Source of the DNA: Gemmatimonadota bacterium
Lineage (GTDB): Bacteria; Gemmatimonadota; Gemmatimonadetes; Gemmatimonadales; GWC2-71-9
DNA: 64,000 nt
Direction: 5' to 3'
Assembly: GCA_022563595.1 (NCBI GenBank)
Contig: JADFNB010000007.1
Span: forward strand, 14,975 to 78,974
Part shown: positions 29,625-39,439 of the stretch, piece by piece
Layout: the number at the start of each line of letters is the position of its first letter
Position numbering within the stretch: the stretch's first letter is position 1
Translations under genes and position numbers: made by a program
Notes under the pieces: generated by a model
The model's input: only the letters and a program-made list of their open reading frames with translations
The model's database searches: none
What the model was told of the DNA's origin: nothing

Positions 29625-30722
29625 GTGTCGCCCAAAGCCTATCTGTTGCTCGAAGACGGCGCGTGGTTCCCAGGGACCACGCGCCGTTCCATTGCACCAA
29701 TCAGCGGTGAGGCCGTCTTCACGACCAACCTTACCGGCTACCAGGAGGTCTTTTCCGACCCGTCCTACCTGGGCCAGATAGTCGTGATGACCGCTCCGAT
29801 GATAGGGAACTACGGCATCAATGCCGAGGACCTGGAATCGGACAAACCGCAGGTGAGTGGCGTGGTGGTGCGGGAACTCGCCCGCTCCTATTCGAACTGG
29901 CGTGCCACCGGATCGCTGGACGATTGGCTCGCCGAACGCGGAATCCCGATCCTGGAACAGGTGGACACCCGCAAGCTGACCCGGCATATCCGGTCCTGCG
30001 GCGCCATGCGCGCCATCATGGCCGAGGGCGCCGAACCGAGCGACGCCGTGAACCGCCTCCTGGCCGACAGCCCACCCATGGAGGGTCTGGATCTCGCATC
30101 CCGCGCGACCGCGCCGGGTGAGCGTACTGTCGGGACGCCCGACGCGAAGTACCACGTGGTGGCCTACGACTTCGGGATGAAGGCCAACATCCTGCGCGTG
30201 CTCACGGAGCTGGGCTGCCGGGTAACCGTGGTACCATCCCACACGCCGGCCGCGCGCATTACCGAGCTGGAGCCCCACGGGCTGTTCCTCTCCAACGGGC
30301 CGGGGGACCCGGCAGCCGTCCAATACGTAATCCCCGAGATTCGCCGGCTGGCCGAGTCGGGCCTGCCGACCTTCGGGATCTGCCTCGGACACCAGCTGCT
30401 CGGGCTGGCCTTCGGCGCGGAGACGGTGAAGCTCCCCTACGGGCACCACGGCGGGAATCACCCGGTGCGGGACCTGTCCGACGGCCGCGTGCTGATAACC
30501 AGCCAAAACCACGGATTTGCCGTAAGGGGAAGCACTAAGGAGGTCCCAGGTGCCAAATCACTGGAGGTGACGCACCTCAACCTCAATGATGACACCGTTG
30601 AAGGCCTGCAACATCTAGAGCTGCCCACCTTCGGCGTTCAGTACCATCCGGAGGCGTCTCCCGGGCCCCACGACGCTAGAGGTCACTTCCGTCAATTCGT
30701 CCAAGCTCTTGACAGTCAATAG
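29625..30722 (+). CDS. carA: carbamoyl-phosphate synthase small (glutaminase) subunit
   Basis: The product shows [26 protein letters not shown] and [12 protein letters not shown]. Confidence 0.95.
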   Translation: MSPKAYLLLEDGAWFPGTTRRSIAPISGEAVFTTNLTGYQEVFSDPSYLGQIVVMTAPMIGNYGINAEDLESDKPQVSGVVVRELARSYSNWRATGSLDDWLAERGIPILEQVDTRKLTRHIRSCGAMRAIMAEGAEPSDAVNRLLADSPPMEGLDLASRATAPGERTVGTPDAKYHVVAYDFGMKANILRVLTELGCRVTVVPSHTPAARITELEPHGLFLSNGPGDPAAVQYVIPEIRRLAESGLPTFGICLGHQLLGLAFGAETVKLPYGHHGGNHPVRDLSDGRVLITSQNHGFAVRGSTKEVPGAKSLEVTHLNLNDDTVEGLQHLELPTFGVQYHPEASPGPHDARGHFRQFVQALDSQ

Positions 30723-30804
30723 GTAAGCTCCTATGTTGGCCCCCCGGCTTGCCTGGTCGGGTAGCACCCTGGCAGCCGTTTCCGCGCCCAATCAGGGGGT
30801 ATGC

Positions 30805-31146
30805 ATGACCAAAGCCGATCTCGTCGAGAACGTGACGGCAACGATCGCGCGCACCGCAGGCCCCATGATCTCCAAGAAGGACTGCGCTCGGGTGGTAGAC
30901 GCGTTCCTTGACGCGGTGAAGCATTCGCTCGCCGAACAGCGGAATATCGAGATTCGCGGTTTTGGTACATTCAAGATCCGTCGCCGCAAGACCCGTATGG
31001 CGCGTAACCCGCGGACCGGCGATCCGGTCGAGGTGGCCGCGCGTCCGGTGCCCGTCTTCAAGCCGTCCAAGGAACTGCGGACGATGGTGGCGGAGCCGGT
31101 GATAGCGGCAACCCCGCTGGAGGAAGAAGCGACGCAGCCCTCCTGA
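30805..31146 (+). CDS. HU/IHF family DNA-binding protein with an acidic C-terminal tail
   Basis: The product shows IRGFGTFKIRRRKTRMARNPRTGDPVEV. Confidence 0.85.
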   Translation: MTKADLVENVTATIARTAGPMISKKDCARVVDAFLDAVKHSLAEQRNIEIRGFGTFKIRRRKTRMARNPRTGDPVEVAARPVPVFKPSKELRTMVAEPVIAATPLEEEATQPS

Positions 31147-31174
31147 GTACTGCATGCGTGGGCGCAATTCCGAT

Positions 31175-31207
31175 CACCCCGCCATCGTTCGGCGGGGTGT
31201 TTTCGTT
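31175..31207 (+). terminator. Rho-independent terminator
   Basis: CACCCCGCC-atcgttc-GGCGGGGTG is followed by TTTTCGTT. Confidence 0.7.
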
Positions 31208-31237
31208 CCATCTCCCGGCGGGGTAGCTTTGAGTACC

Positions 31238-31492
31238 ATGGAACGCATACGAGTTCGCTGCCGCTTGTTCGCCCGCTACGCCGACGTGGTGGGGGCCGAA
31301 GCGGTCACCCTGGACCTCCCGCCGGACTCCGTGGTCGCCGACGCCGTGGAACGTCTCCGTTCCGAGTTGCCGCGCGGCGATCTGTTGCCGGCCCGGCCGA
31401 TGGTGGCCGTGAACCTGGAGCACGTGCTGCCGGACCGCCGGCTCGAGGACGGTGACGAGCTGGCGTTGTTGCCTCCGTTGGCCGGTGGCTGA
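31238..31492 (+). CDS. moaD: molybdopterin synthase sulfur-carrier subunit (MoaD/ThiS fold)
   Basis: The 84-aa product ends in GG and lies immediately upstream of moaE. Confidence 0.7.
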   Translation: MERIRVRCRLFARYADVVGAEAVTLDLPPDSVVADAVERLRSELPRGDLLPARPMVAVNLEHVLPDRRLEDGDELALLPPLAGG

Positions 31493-31493
31493 C

Positions 31494-31940
31494 ATGGAGC
31501 ATGTGACGCACGACCCGATCCAGCTGTCCGCCTTGATCGATGCGGTGGCCGGTCCGGAACGCGGCGGGATCGTGACGTTCCTGGGAACCGTCCGGCGTGG
31601 CGTCGAGGACGGCCCGGTGACCCGGATCGAGTACACTGCATACGACGAGATGCTGGAAACCGAGTTCGGACGGATCGTAGCCGAGACAGCCGACCGGTGG
31701 CCGGCGGCCCGTGTCACCGCCCAGCACCGGCTCGGGATGGTCCCCACGGGCGAGGCCAGTATCGCCGTGGTCGCCGCGGCCCCGCACCGCGCCGAGGCGT
31801 TCTCAGCCTGCCGCCACGTGGTGGAGCAAGCCAAGGCACGGTTGCCCGTGTGGAAGCGGGAGTTCCTCGCAGACGGCTCCGTGCGCTGGTGCGACAACAC
31901 AGGCGCCCGGACGCCCGCCGTACCGCGTACAACAGATTAG
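31494..31940 (+). CDS. moaE: molybdopterin synthase catalytic subunit
   Basis: The product shows GGIVTFLGTVR, ASIAVVAAAPHR and ARLPVWKRE. Confidence 0.85.
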   Translation: MEHVTHDPIQLSALIDAVAGPERGGIVTFLGTVRRGVEDGPVTRIEYTAYDEMLETEFGRIVAETADRWPAARVTAQHRLGMVPTGEASIAVVAAAPHRAEAFSACRHVVEQAKARLPVWKREFLADGSVRWCDNTGARTPAVPRTTD

Positions 31941-31948
31941 TCCCGGTT

Positions 31949-32428
31949 GTGGCCCTCAGCATCGCCCTGATCGAGCCCCGCATCCCGCCCAACACCGGCA
32001 GCATCGCACGGCTGTGCGCCGCCACAGACAGCACCCTTCACCTCATCGAGCCGCTCGGGTTCGGGCTCGACGACGTCGAGCTGCGACGCGCCGGCCTCGA
32101 TTACTGGCCCGACGTCGACATCTGGATTCATCCCGATTGGCGAGCGTTTCGGTCGGCGGTGTCGCGCGAGCGCTGCTTATATTTCTCCACACACGGCACG
32201 CGGTCCTATCTCGACGCGCCGTGGAAGGCGAACTCGGTCCTAGTGTTCGGCAATGAGACGCTGGGTATGCCGGAACGTATCCGAGAGCAACATCCAGACC
32301 GGCTATTCCGCATTCCAATGACACCGTCGGTGCGGAGCCTCAACGTCGCGACCGCTGTCGCGATCGTCACCTACGAAGCGATCCGCCGGCTCGGGTCCTC
32401 GCTCGAGGACGGCGCATCGATCCGATAA
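31949..32428 (+). CDS. trmL: tRNA (cytidine/uridine-2'-O)-methyltransferase TrmL (SpoU family)
   Basis: The product shows IALIEPRIPPNTGSIARLC, FGNETLGMP and SLNVATAVAIV. A GTG start is assumed at 31949. Confidence 0.8.
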   Translation: MALSIALIEPRIPPNTGSIARLCAATDSTLHLIEPLGFGLDDVELRRAGLDYWPDVDIWIHPDWRAFRSAVSRERCLYFSTHGTRSYLDAPWKANSVLVFGNETLGMPERIREQHPDRLFRIPMTPSVRSLNVATAVAIVTYEAIRRLGSSLEDGASIR

Positions 32429-32446
32429 CTGCGAAAGGTCGAACCG

Positions 32447-33373
32447 ATGAACACCGTCACGGTGGTTGGCGCGGGCCACGTCGGCGCAACGCTGGCCCAG
32501 CGGATAGCGGAGAAGGAACTCGCGCGGCGGGTGGTCCTCGTCGACATCGTCGAGGGAATCCCGCAGGGTAAGGGCCTAGACCTATGGGAATCGGCTCCGA
32601 TCGAAGGCTTCGACACGCGCGTGCTCGGCGCCAACGACTATGCGGCCGCCAAGGACTGCGAGTTGTTTCTGGTCACGGCCGGAGTCGCCCGGAAGCCGGG
32701 GATGAGTCGCGACGATCTGGTAAAGACCAACGCCGCCATCATCGAGTCGGTCTGCGAGGAGATCAAACAGGCCTCACCCAACGCGATGATCATGATGATC
32801 TCGAACCCGCTCGACGTGATGTGCTGGGTGGCCAAGGAGGTCACGGGCTTCCCGCCGGAGCGAGTGTTCGGGATGGCCGGGGTGCTCGACACCGCCCGGT
32901 ACCGAAGTTTCATCGCCATGGAGCTGAACGTATCGGTGGAGGACATCCAGGCGATGGTGCTGGGCGGGCACGGCGACTCGATGGTACCGCTCGTCTCATA
33001 TACCACCGTCTCGGGCATCCCCGTGACCCAGCTGATGAACAGCGAGAAACTCGATGCCATCGTCGAACGCACGCGCAAGGGTGGCGGTGAGATCGTCTCC
33101 TACCTGAAGACCGGGTCGGCATACTACGCGCCTTCGGCGGCGGCTGCCCAGATGGCGGAATCGATCATCAAGGACAAGAAACGAGTACTACCTTGCGCGG
33201 CGTGGCTGACCGGTCAGTACGGATTGAACGGGCTGTACTGCGGCGTCCCGTGCAAGCTCGGCGCCGGTGGGGTGGAGGAGATCATCGAGGTGGAACTGAC
33301 CGACGAGGAGCGCACCGCCCTCGAGAACTCGTCCGAAGTCGTGAAAAAGACTATGGAGGCGGTGACGCTGTAG
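32447..33373 (+). CDS. mdh: malate dehydrogenase (LDH-like family)
   Basis: The product shows [25 protein letters not shown] and GGHGDSMVP. Confidence 0.95.
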   Translation: MNTVTVVGAGHVGATLAQRIAEKELARRVVLVDIVEGIPQGKGLDLWESAPIEGFDTRVLGANDYAAAKDCELFLVTAGVARKPGMSRDDLVKTNAAIIESVCEEIKQASPNAMIMMISNPLDVMCWVAKEVTGFPPERVFGMAGVLDTARYRSFIAMELNVSVEDIQAMVLGGHGDSMVPLVSYTTVSGIPVTQLMNSEKLDAIVERTRKGGGEIVSYLKTGSAYYAPSAAAAQMAESIIKDKKRVLPCAAWLTGQYGLNGLYCGVPCKLGAGGVEEIIEVELTDEERTALENSSEVVKKTMEAVTL

Positions 33374-33439
33374 CGACCTCGCGGACGCCGGGTACGCTCG
33401 CTCCGTCGGCGAACTCGACCTGTGTTGTCGGGTAGCCGC

Positions 33440-33850
33440 TCACTTACCCCGATACTCCACGCTGTTGCGCGGCGTTTCCCACAAGACGAGCTTGACCAGC
33501 CGGCCCGGGAGACGTCCCTCGAGCATCTGCCATATCACGACCACGATGTTCTCGGTGGTCGGGTTGAGATCGGCAAAGGCTCCCACGTCGAGGTTGAGAT
33601 TCTTGTGGTCCAGCACGGCGACGACCAGCTCCTCGGCAATCCGCTTGACCTCGCCGAGGTCCGCCACGAATCCAGTCACCGGATCGACCTCGCCCCGGAC
33701 GGAGATCTCCAGCTCGTAGTTGTGTCCGTGGTAGTTGGGATTGCTGCACGGACCGAACGTGCGCGCGTTCTCCTCGTCGGAGAGTTGTGGGCTGTGTAGC
33801 CGGTGCGCCGCGTTGAAATGGACCCGTCGCGTGACGGTCACCTTCGGCAT
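33440..33850 (-). CDS. queD: 6-carboxy-5,6,7,8-tetrahydropterin synthase (PTPS family)
   Basis: The product shows HFNAAHRL, NPNYHGHNY and VLDHKNLN. Confidence 0.9.
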   Translation of the reverse strand: MPKVTVTRRVHFNAAHRLHSPQLSDEENARTFGPCSNPNYHGHNYELEISVRGEVDPVTGFVADLGEVKRIAEELVVAVLDHKNLNLDVGAFADLNPTTENIVVVIWQMLEGRLPGRLVKLVLWETPRNSVEYRGK

Positions 33851-34093
33851 GATACCCCCTCCACATTTCTGTCTACGGCGCCCCGCAGGGAACGTCGCCA
33901 GGACTCATGTCGGACCGGTCACGCGCGCTGCCGGAGCCGTCGTCCAGGCCGACATAGAGCAGCACGCCGCGTGCGGTGTTGCCGGCTCGATCGCCGCAAC
34001 GCGGATCGCGTCGCTCACGACGGGTCCGACCGCCGCAAGACCGGTGAGCGTTGACCAGGTTCTATAGTATTGCTACGTTAGAACTTACACAAC

Positions 34094-35110
34094 ATGAGAT
34101 CCTGCTTGGCGCTACGGATCGCCCTCTTGGTGGGGGCGCTTGGACTCCCTGCGGCATCACCCTCATGGGGTCAGACGCGGGGGTTTGATGCGTCGTACGG
34201 TTTCTGGTGGACCGACGAACCGGCGGCAGCCACCTTCACGGCGAGCCTGCACCAGCCACTGTTGGGACCGTTCGGCTACTCCATTGGTTTCATGCATCTC
34301 GACGACCACCGCGCGAACGAGGACCGGACACTCTCGGGAGCGGAATTGGGTTTGAGTCTCGGGCGTGACGGCTCGGGCATGTTTCTCGTGGGCACCGTCG
34401 GACTGGGCATGGTACACGGGACCCGGGCGCTCGATGCGGCCTGGTCGGCGGGCGGCGGATACCTGTGGCGTCCGTTCGCGGGGCTCTCCCTGGGCCTGGA
34501 GGCGCGCTACCGGGTGGAGGATAGGGATCTGGCCGGCTTCTGGCGGCTGCGTCCCGAGGACCGGCGCGGCCTGATGGTACAGGGACGCCTGGTCATCGCC
34601 CTCGGCGGCCGGTCGCCGGCGGCGCGACCATCCGCCAGCCACGCGGACGGCGACGCCGGCGCGGCTCCATCCAGCGAGTCGATCCGGGAGCTGGCCCGCG
34701 ATCGGGGCGCGTCGGACGACGCTGCGGCACTCACGACTCACATCATCGAGACCGCCCTGGCCGTCATGGGCACACCCTACGAATGGGGTGGGACCGACGA
34801 GAACGGCTTCGACTGCTCCGGGCTGATCCAGTACGCGTACGGGCAACATGGGATCATCCTGCCGCGCGTGAGTCGCGACCAGATGCGGATGGGCACACCG
34901 CTGGACAAACGGCTCGACGCGCTGCGCCCCGGCGATCTGCTCGGATTCTCGGTCGAAGGAACGAGCCGGATCACGCACATCGGACTCTATGTCGGCGACG
35001 GCCGTTTCATTCACAGCGCGTCGGGTGGCGTGAGGCTCACCAGTCTCACCCACCCAGACGGCCGCTGGTGGCGGCAACGCTGGGTCGCGGCACGGCGCGT
35101 GGTAGAGTAG
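34094..35110 (+). CDS. C40 (NlpC/P60) peptidase with an N-terminal beta-rich domain
   Basis: The product has a signal peptide and the C-terminal motifs YEWGGTDENGFDCSGLIQYAY and ITHIGLYVGDGRFIHS. Confidence 0.85.
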   Translation: MRSCLALRIALLVGALGLPAASPSWGQTRGFDASYGFWWTDEPAAATFTASLHQPLLGPFGYSIGFMHLDDHRANEDRTLSGAELGLSLGRDGSGMFLVGTVGLGMVHGTRALDAAWSAGGGYLWRPFAGLSLGLEARYRVEDRDLAGFWRLRPEDRRGLMVQGRLVIALGGRSPAARPSASHADGDAGAAPSSESIRELARDRGASDDAAALTTHIIETALAVMGTPYEWGGTDENGFDCSGLIQYAYGQHGIILPRVSRDQMRMGTPLDKRLDALRPGDLLGFSVEGTSRITHIGLYVGDGRFIHSASGGVRLTSLTHPDGRWWRQRWVAARRVVE

Positions 35111-35148
35111 GGTACAGGGAACGCGGGACAGGGTACGAGGAGTCGTCG

Positions 35149-35727
35149 ATGCCGTGGATCGAATGGATTGCCGAGGCGGAAGCCACCGGGCGGCTGCGGG
35201 AGCTGTACGACAAATACGCCGGTCGGTTCGGCGTCGACCACATCCTGAAGATCCACTCGCTCAACCCCGACTCGCTGGAACACCACTACTCGCTTTACGC
35301 CCACCTCATGCGGGGGCCATCGAACCTCTCGCGCGCCGAACGCGAGATGATCGCCGTCGTGGTCTCGGTGGCCAACGACTGTTTCTACTGAATCCACCAT
35401 CACGGAGCGGGTCTCCGTCGGCTGTTGCGGGACGAGGAGAAGGCGGCGGCGATCGTGCGGCACTACCGCAGCGCGTCGCTGAGCGGGCGTGAGCGCGCCA
35501 TCTGCGACTATGCCGTTCGGCTCACGACGTCGCTTCCCGCCATAGCCGCCGACGATCTGCGCCCGCTGCGCGAGGCCGGGCTCGGCGACGACGAGATCCT
35601 GGATGTCTGCCAGGTGGCCGCGTACTACAACTTCGTGAACCGGCTAGCATCCGGACTCGGGGTCGAGCTGGAAGGCTATTGGCAGCAACGGGACAACGAT
35701 CCGGTCGAGATCCTCCCAACCTCTTGA
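35149..35727 (+). CDS. carboxymuconolactone decarboxylase/AhpD-like peroxidase-related protein with an in-frame TGA at 35389-35391 (candidate selenocysteine, otherwise a pseudogene)
   Basis: Both halves are in one frame and read ...EREMIAVVVSVANDCFY[TGA]IHHHGAGLRRLL...YYNFVNRLASGLGV. The TGA replaces the second Cys of the family CxxC motif. A GAGGAG SD precedes ATG 35149. Confidence 0.6.
35402..35418 (+). promoter_or_regulatory. candidate bacterial SECIS hairpin
   Basis: ACGGAG-CGGGT-CTCCGT forms a 6-bp stem starting 11 nt after the TGA. The loop G and U fall at +23 and +24 counted from the U of UGA. Confidence 0.45.
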
Positions 35728-35760
35728 CCCCAGCCGCCGAACGGGTACATTCCGTCCTAA

Positions 35761-35787
35761 TTAGCATTCACCCCTGCCGAGTGCTAA
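35761..35787. promoter_or_regulatory. CIRCE element (HrcA operator)
   Basis: TTAGCATTC-N9-GAGTGCTAA compares with the consensus TTAGCACTC-N9-GAGTGCTAA (one mismatch). It lies 54 nt upstream of groES. Confidence 0.85.
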
Positions 35788-35840
35788 CGCACGCAACTTC
35801 ACACGGTTCAACGGTTTACAGGTACGGAGGCATAGGAATT

Positions 35841-36155
35841 ATGGCCCCAGCGACGAAATCGAAAATCAAGGGCAAGGTTCAGCCGCTGGCTGACCGGGTG
35901 GTGATCCTTCCTCTGGAGGATACCGAGGAGATGCGGGGTGCGTTGTACATCCCGGACACCGCCAAGGAGAAACCGCAACAGGGTAAGGTCGTCGCCGTAG
36001 GTCCCGGTCGGTTCGAGAAGGGCGAGCGGGTTCCGATGGATTTGAAGACGGGTCAGACCGTGCTGTACGGCAAGTACAGTGGCGCGGAGGTGACGGTCAA
36101 CGATCAGGAACTGCTCATCATCAAGGAATCGGACGTCCTGGCCGTCATCGGCTGA
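35841..36155 (+). CDS. groES: co-chaperonin GroES
   Basis: The product shows [28 protein letters not shown] and YGKYSGAEV. Confidence 0.97.
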   Translation: MAPATKSKIKGKVQPLADRVVILPLEDTEEMRGALYIPDTAKEKPQQGKVVAVGPGRFEKGERVPMDLKTGQTVLYGKYSGAEVTVNDQELLIIKESDVLAVIG

Positions 36156-36178
36156 ACGTTCCAGGAGGAGTATCTGCA

Positions 36179-37813
36179 ATGGGAACAGTGAAGGAACTGC
36201 ATTTCGATGTTGCCGCGCGCGCGGGCCTGAAGAAAGGCATCGATCAGCTCGCCGAGGCGGTCAAGGTGACACTCGGGCCCAAGGGCCGGAACGTGGTCAT
36301 CGACAAGAAATTCGGTAGCCCGACCCTCACCAAGGACGGTGTTACCGTCGCCAAAGAGGTCGAGCTTGCCGACCCGGTCGAGAACATGGGCGCACAGATG
36401 GTCAAAGAGGTCGCGACTAAGACCTCCGACGTCGCGGGTGACGGTACCACGACCGCGATCGTGCTGGCCCAGGCCATCTTCCGCGAGGGTCTCAAGAGTG
36501 TCACGGCGGGCGTGAACCCGATGGCCATCAAGCGCGGGATCGAGAAAGCGGTCGACAAGGTCGTCGACGAGCTGAAGAAGATCTCCGTGACTTCCTCGGG
36601 CAAGAAGGAGATCACCCAGGTCGGCACGATCTCGGCCAACAACGATCATGAGATCGGTAACCTCATCGCAGACGCGATGGAGAAGGTCGGCAACGACGGT
36701 GTAATCACCGTCGAGGAGGCCCGCGGGCTCGAGACCGAGCTGGAGACCGTGGACGGCATGCAGTTCGACCGCGGTTATCTCTCGCCGTACTTCGTGACCG
36801 ACCCGGAGAAGATGGAAGCCGTCCTCGAGGACGCCTACGTCCTGGTTCACGACAAGAAGATCTCGGCGATGAAGGACCTGTTGCCGGTGCTCGAGAAGAT
36901 CGCGCAGACCGGCAAGCCGTTGCTCATCATTGCCGAGGACGTCGAGGGCGAGGCTCTGGCCACGCTAGTCGTGAACAAACTGCGTGGCACGTTGAAGGTG
37001 TGCGGCGTGAAAGCGCCGGGCTTCGGCGATCGCCGCAAGGCGATGCTGGAGGACATCGCCGTCCTCACCGGCGGCAAGGTAGTGAGTGAGGAGATCGGCT
37101 TCAAGCTCGAGAACACCGTGCTGGGTGATCTCGGTCAGGCGAAGCGCATCGTCATCGACAAGGACGACACCACGCTGATCGACGGTGGCGGCAAGCAAAA
37201 GGACCTCCAGGGCCGGATCGGCGAGATCAAGGCGGCGATCGACAAGAGCACGTCCGATTACGATCGGGAGAAGCTCCAGGAGAGGCTGGCCAAGCTCGCC
37301 GGTGGTGTCGCGGTCATCAACGTCGGTGCGGCTACCGAGACCGAGATGAAGGAGAAGAAGGCGCGGGTGGAGGATGCCCTCCATGCGACCCGTGCCGCGG
37401 TCGAGGAAGGCATCGTGCCGGGTGGCGGTGTCGCCTTCATCCGCGCTCAAACCGCGCTCAAGAAGATCAAGGTAGCCGAGCCCGACGAGCAGATCGGGAT
37501 CGACATCGTTCGGCGCGCGCTCGAAGAGCCGATGCGCATCATCGCGCTGAACGCTGGTGCCGAGGGCGCGATCGTGGTCGAGAAGGTGCGGGCCAGAGCC
37601 GAGAAGAACTTCGGTTACAACGCGCAGACCAATAAGTACGAGGACTTGGTGAAGGCCGGCGTCATCGACCCCACCAAGGTCACGCGCACCGCGCTACAGA
37701 ACGCGGCATCGGTCGCCGCCCTGCTGCTCACCACCGAGGCCGTGGTGGTCGAGAAGAAGGAGGAGGAGAAGGCGCCTCCAATGCCGGGCGGCGGCATGGG
37801 CGGGATGTACTAA
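36179..37813 (+). CDS. groEL: chaperonin GroEL
   Basis: Full-length match, including AGDGTTTA and the C-terminal GGMGGMY. Confidence 0.98.
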   Translation: MGTVKELHFDVAARAGLKKGIDQLAEAVKVTLGPKGRNVVIDKKFGSPTLTKDGVTVAKEVELADPVENMGAQMVKEVATKTSDVAGDGTTTAIVLAQAIFREGLKSVTAGVNPMAIKRGIEKAVDKVVDELKKISVTSSGKKEITQVGTISANNDHEIGNLIADAMEKVGNDGVITVEEARGLETELETVDGMQFDRGYLSPYFVTDPEKMEAVLEDAYVLVHDKKISAMKDLLPVLEKIAQTGKPLLIIAEDVEGEALATLVVNKLRGTLKVCGVKAPGFGDRRKAMLEDIAVLTGGKVVSEEIGFKLENTVLGDLGQAKRIVIDKDDTTLIDGGGKQKDLQGRIGEIKAAIDKSTSDYDREKLQERLAKLAGGVAVINVGAATETEMKEKKARVEDALHATRAAVEEGIVPGGGVAFIRAQTALKKIKVAEPDEQIGIDIVRRALEEPMRIIALNAGAEGAIVVEKVRARAEKNFGYNAQTNKYEDLVKAGVIDPTKVTRTALQNAASVAALLLTTEAVVVEKKEEEKAPPMPGGGMGGMY

Positions 37814-37840
37814 ACCGCTCAGTCGTTGAGTTAAGTGAGA

Positions 37841-37870
37841 GAAGCCCCGGGAGTGATCTCGGGGCTTTTC
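37841..37870. terminator. hairpin terminator between convergent groEL and the DUF1028 gene
   Basis: AAGCCCCG-ggagtgatct-CGGGGCTT is followed by TTTC. Confidence 0.7.
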
Positions 37871-38873
37871 ATCTCGCTGCCCGGATGATCCGTTCGACCG
37901 TCGCCTCGTCCGCACGCAACAACCCGGCGCCCGGCAGGCGGCGCAACAGCTCGATCCAGCTCCGGTCCTGCGCGAACGACCGCCGGAACAGCGGAATGGC
38001 GTCCTCCACACGACCGAGATCGGCGAGCGTCACCGCGACCCAATAGATCAGCTCGCCGTTGGTCGCCTCATCCGGCAGGATCGCCGACGCGCGGCGATAG
38101 CTCGCGAGCGCGGAGTCCACCATCCCGGCGGTGAGGAAGTTGTCACCGTCGGTGGCCGCACGATACGCGCGCGCCACGGTGACGAGCCGGCGCAGCTCGC
38201 CGAGCGGATCGGGATGATCTTCCACGCGCAGATCGAAGATCCTCTCCCACACCGGCGTATCGCGATCGCCGCTCACGATGACCAGCGCCGCCGACTGCCT
38301 TCCGCGGATGTCGCCCCCGGCCGCTTCCGCGGCGTCAAGTGCCGCGAGCATCCGGCCAGCCAGGTCTCCGCGCGTCGTCTCGAACGCACTCGCCATGGCC
38401 GGCCACACGCGGTCGTTGCGCATGAGGTTCGCCTGTACGGAGTACCAGCGGCCCACATGGTGCCCAGCCGCCGGAATGTTGCCGGAGCCCGTGTGCGCTG
38501 CCACGCGGCCTCGCACATCGATCAGCGCTACCTGGCGTACCTGGCTGTCGGGATCGGCACGGAGCAACGCCGCGAGTGCCGCCGGCGCCGGCACGCCCGT
38601 GCGCATCAGGAAGAGTCCCCGTGGGCCATAGCTCGGGTCGACGAACGACTGTGTTGCGACCGCCCCGACACCCGGTTCGGCCCAGGTCACGACGCTCCCA
38701 ACGCTGAACCAATGCGATTGGACGGCCACACCGATCTGGCCGGTCCCACTGTCGACGGCAACGATCGAGTAGGTGTGAACGGGACGTCCGCTCGCACGTT
38801 CCTGGGCAGATACGGCGGTTGCGGCGGTTGCGGCGCTCAGCACGGCGCAGGCGGTCACGACAGTGGCACGCAT
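37869..38873 (-). CDS. DUF1028 family (Ntn-hydrolase-like) secreted protein
   Basis: The signal peptide MRATVVTACAVLSAATAATAVSA is followed by HTYSIVAVDSGTGQIGVAVQS. The start is placed at ATG 38873, and the track ORF extends to 39032. Confidence 0.75.
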   Translation of the reverse strand: MRATVVTACAVLSAATAATAVSAQERASGRPVHTYSIVAVDSGTGQIGVAVQSHWFSVGSVVTWAEPGVGAVATQSFVDPSYGPRGLFLMRTGVPAPAALAALLRADPDSQVRQVALIDVRGRVAAHTGSGNIPAAGHHVGRWYSVQANLMRNDRVWPAMASAFETTRGDLAGRMLAALDAAEAAGGDIRGRQSAALVIVSGDRDTPVWERIFDLRVEDHPDPLGELRRLVTVARAYRAATDGDNFLTAGMVDSALASYRRASAILPDEATNGELIYWVAVTLADLGRVEDAIPLFRRSFAQDRSWIELLRRLPGAGLLRADEATVERIIRAAR

Positions 38874-39009
38874 GGCATCATTCCTCGGTCGCTCGGGGAT
38901 CGACCCCGGGGAACCCTGCGCTGGGGCCGCAGTATTCTCACACGCGCAACGGTGGCCGGTAAAGGGCCGTCCGTTGGCGCACCGATCAGAAACGGGATAA
39001 CTTATTGCC

Positions 39010-39399
39010 ATGAAGCTGTCTACGCCATTCATGATCCTGTTTGCGCTGACGCCGGCCGTGCTGGCTGGTCAGTCTCGACAGGTCCCCGACCTATCGGGCA
39101 CGTGGCGCACCGACACGCCCGACGGTCCCCAGACGATCGTCGTGCGCCCGGATTCATCGGCGAGCTGGGGAGACGAGACCGTGCGCTGGCGGATAGTCGC
39201 GGACTCGATTTTCATCGCCATGGGCGACGAATGGCTGGTGTACAACTACGCGCTGTCGGGCAAGAAGCTGACCCTCTCGGGCGGCGACCTGGTGGACCCG
39301 ATCGAACTCGAGCGCGCCGGCCCGCCGAGCCCCCGACCGGATGGCGTACCGGTGCCACCCGCACCCGCCATGGACCGGCGGGCGGACGTGGGCACGTGA
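39010..39399 (+). CDS. hypothetical secreted protein
   Basis: The product has a signal peptide (MKLSTPFMILFALTPAVLAG), a small beta-rich body and a Pro-rich tail. Confidence 0.5.
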   Translation: MKLSTPFMILFALTPAVLAGQSRQVPDLSGTWRTDTPDGPQTIVVRPDSSASWGDETVRWRIVADSIFIAMGDEWLVYNYALSGKKLTLSGGDLVDPIELERAGPPSPRPDGVPVPPAPAMDRRADVGT

Positions 39400-39439
39400 C
39401 CCGCCCGGTCGCACAGACCTCCATCGTGGCCGCGCCGTC

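Noticed and set aside
28890-30512. A 540-aa minus-strand ORF, together with similar long ORFs at 59141-60535, 44678-46189, 5176-6453 and 5462-6862.
   Set aside because: They lie antisense to or out of frame with strongly supported genes (tpiA/secG/carA, infB, manC, transporter). Their products are Arg/Gly/Pro-rich with no family resemblance. These are typical open-frame artefacts of GC-rich DNA.
31147-31237. A Moco riboswitch upstream of moaD.
   Set aside because: The spacer is only about 90 nt and is largely taken up by the HU/IHF terminator hairpin, so it is too short for the Moco RNA motif.
33851-33950. A possible preQ1 riboswitch upstream of queD.
   Set aside because: I could not find the short P1 hairpin followed by the A-rich tail and CUA/AGG elements characteristic of preQ1-I or preQ1-II. 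Only a plain SD (GGAGGGGG) is evident.
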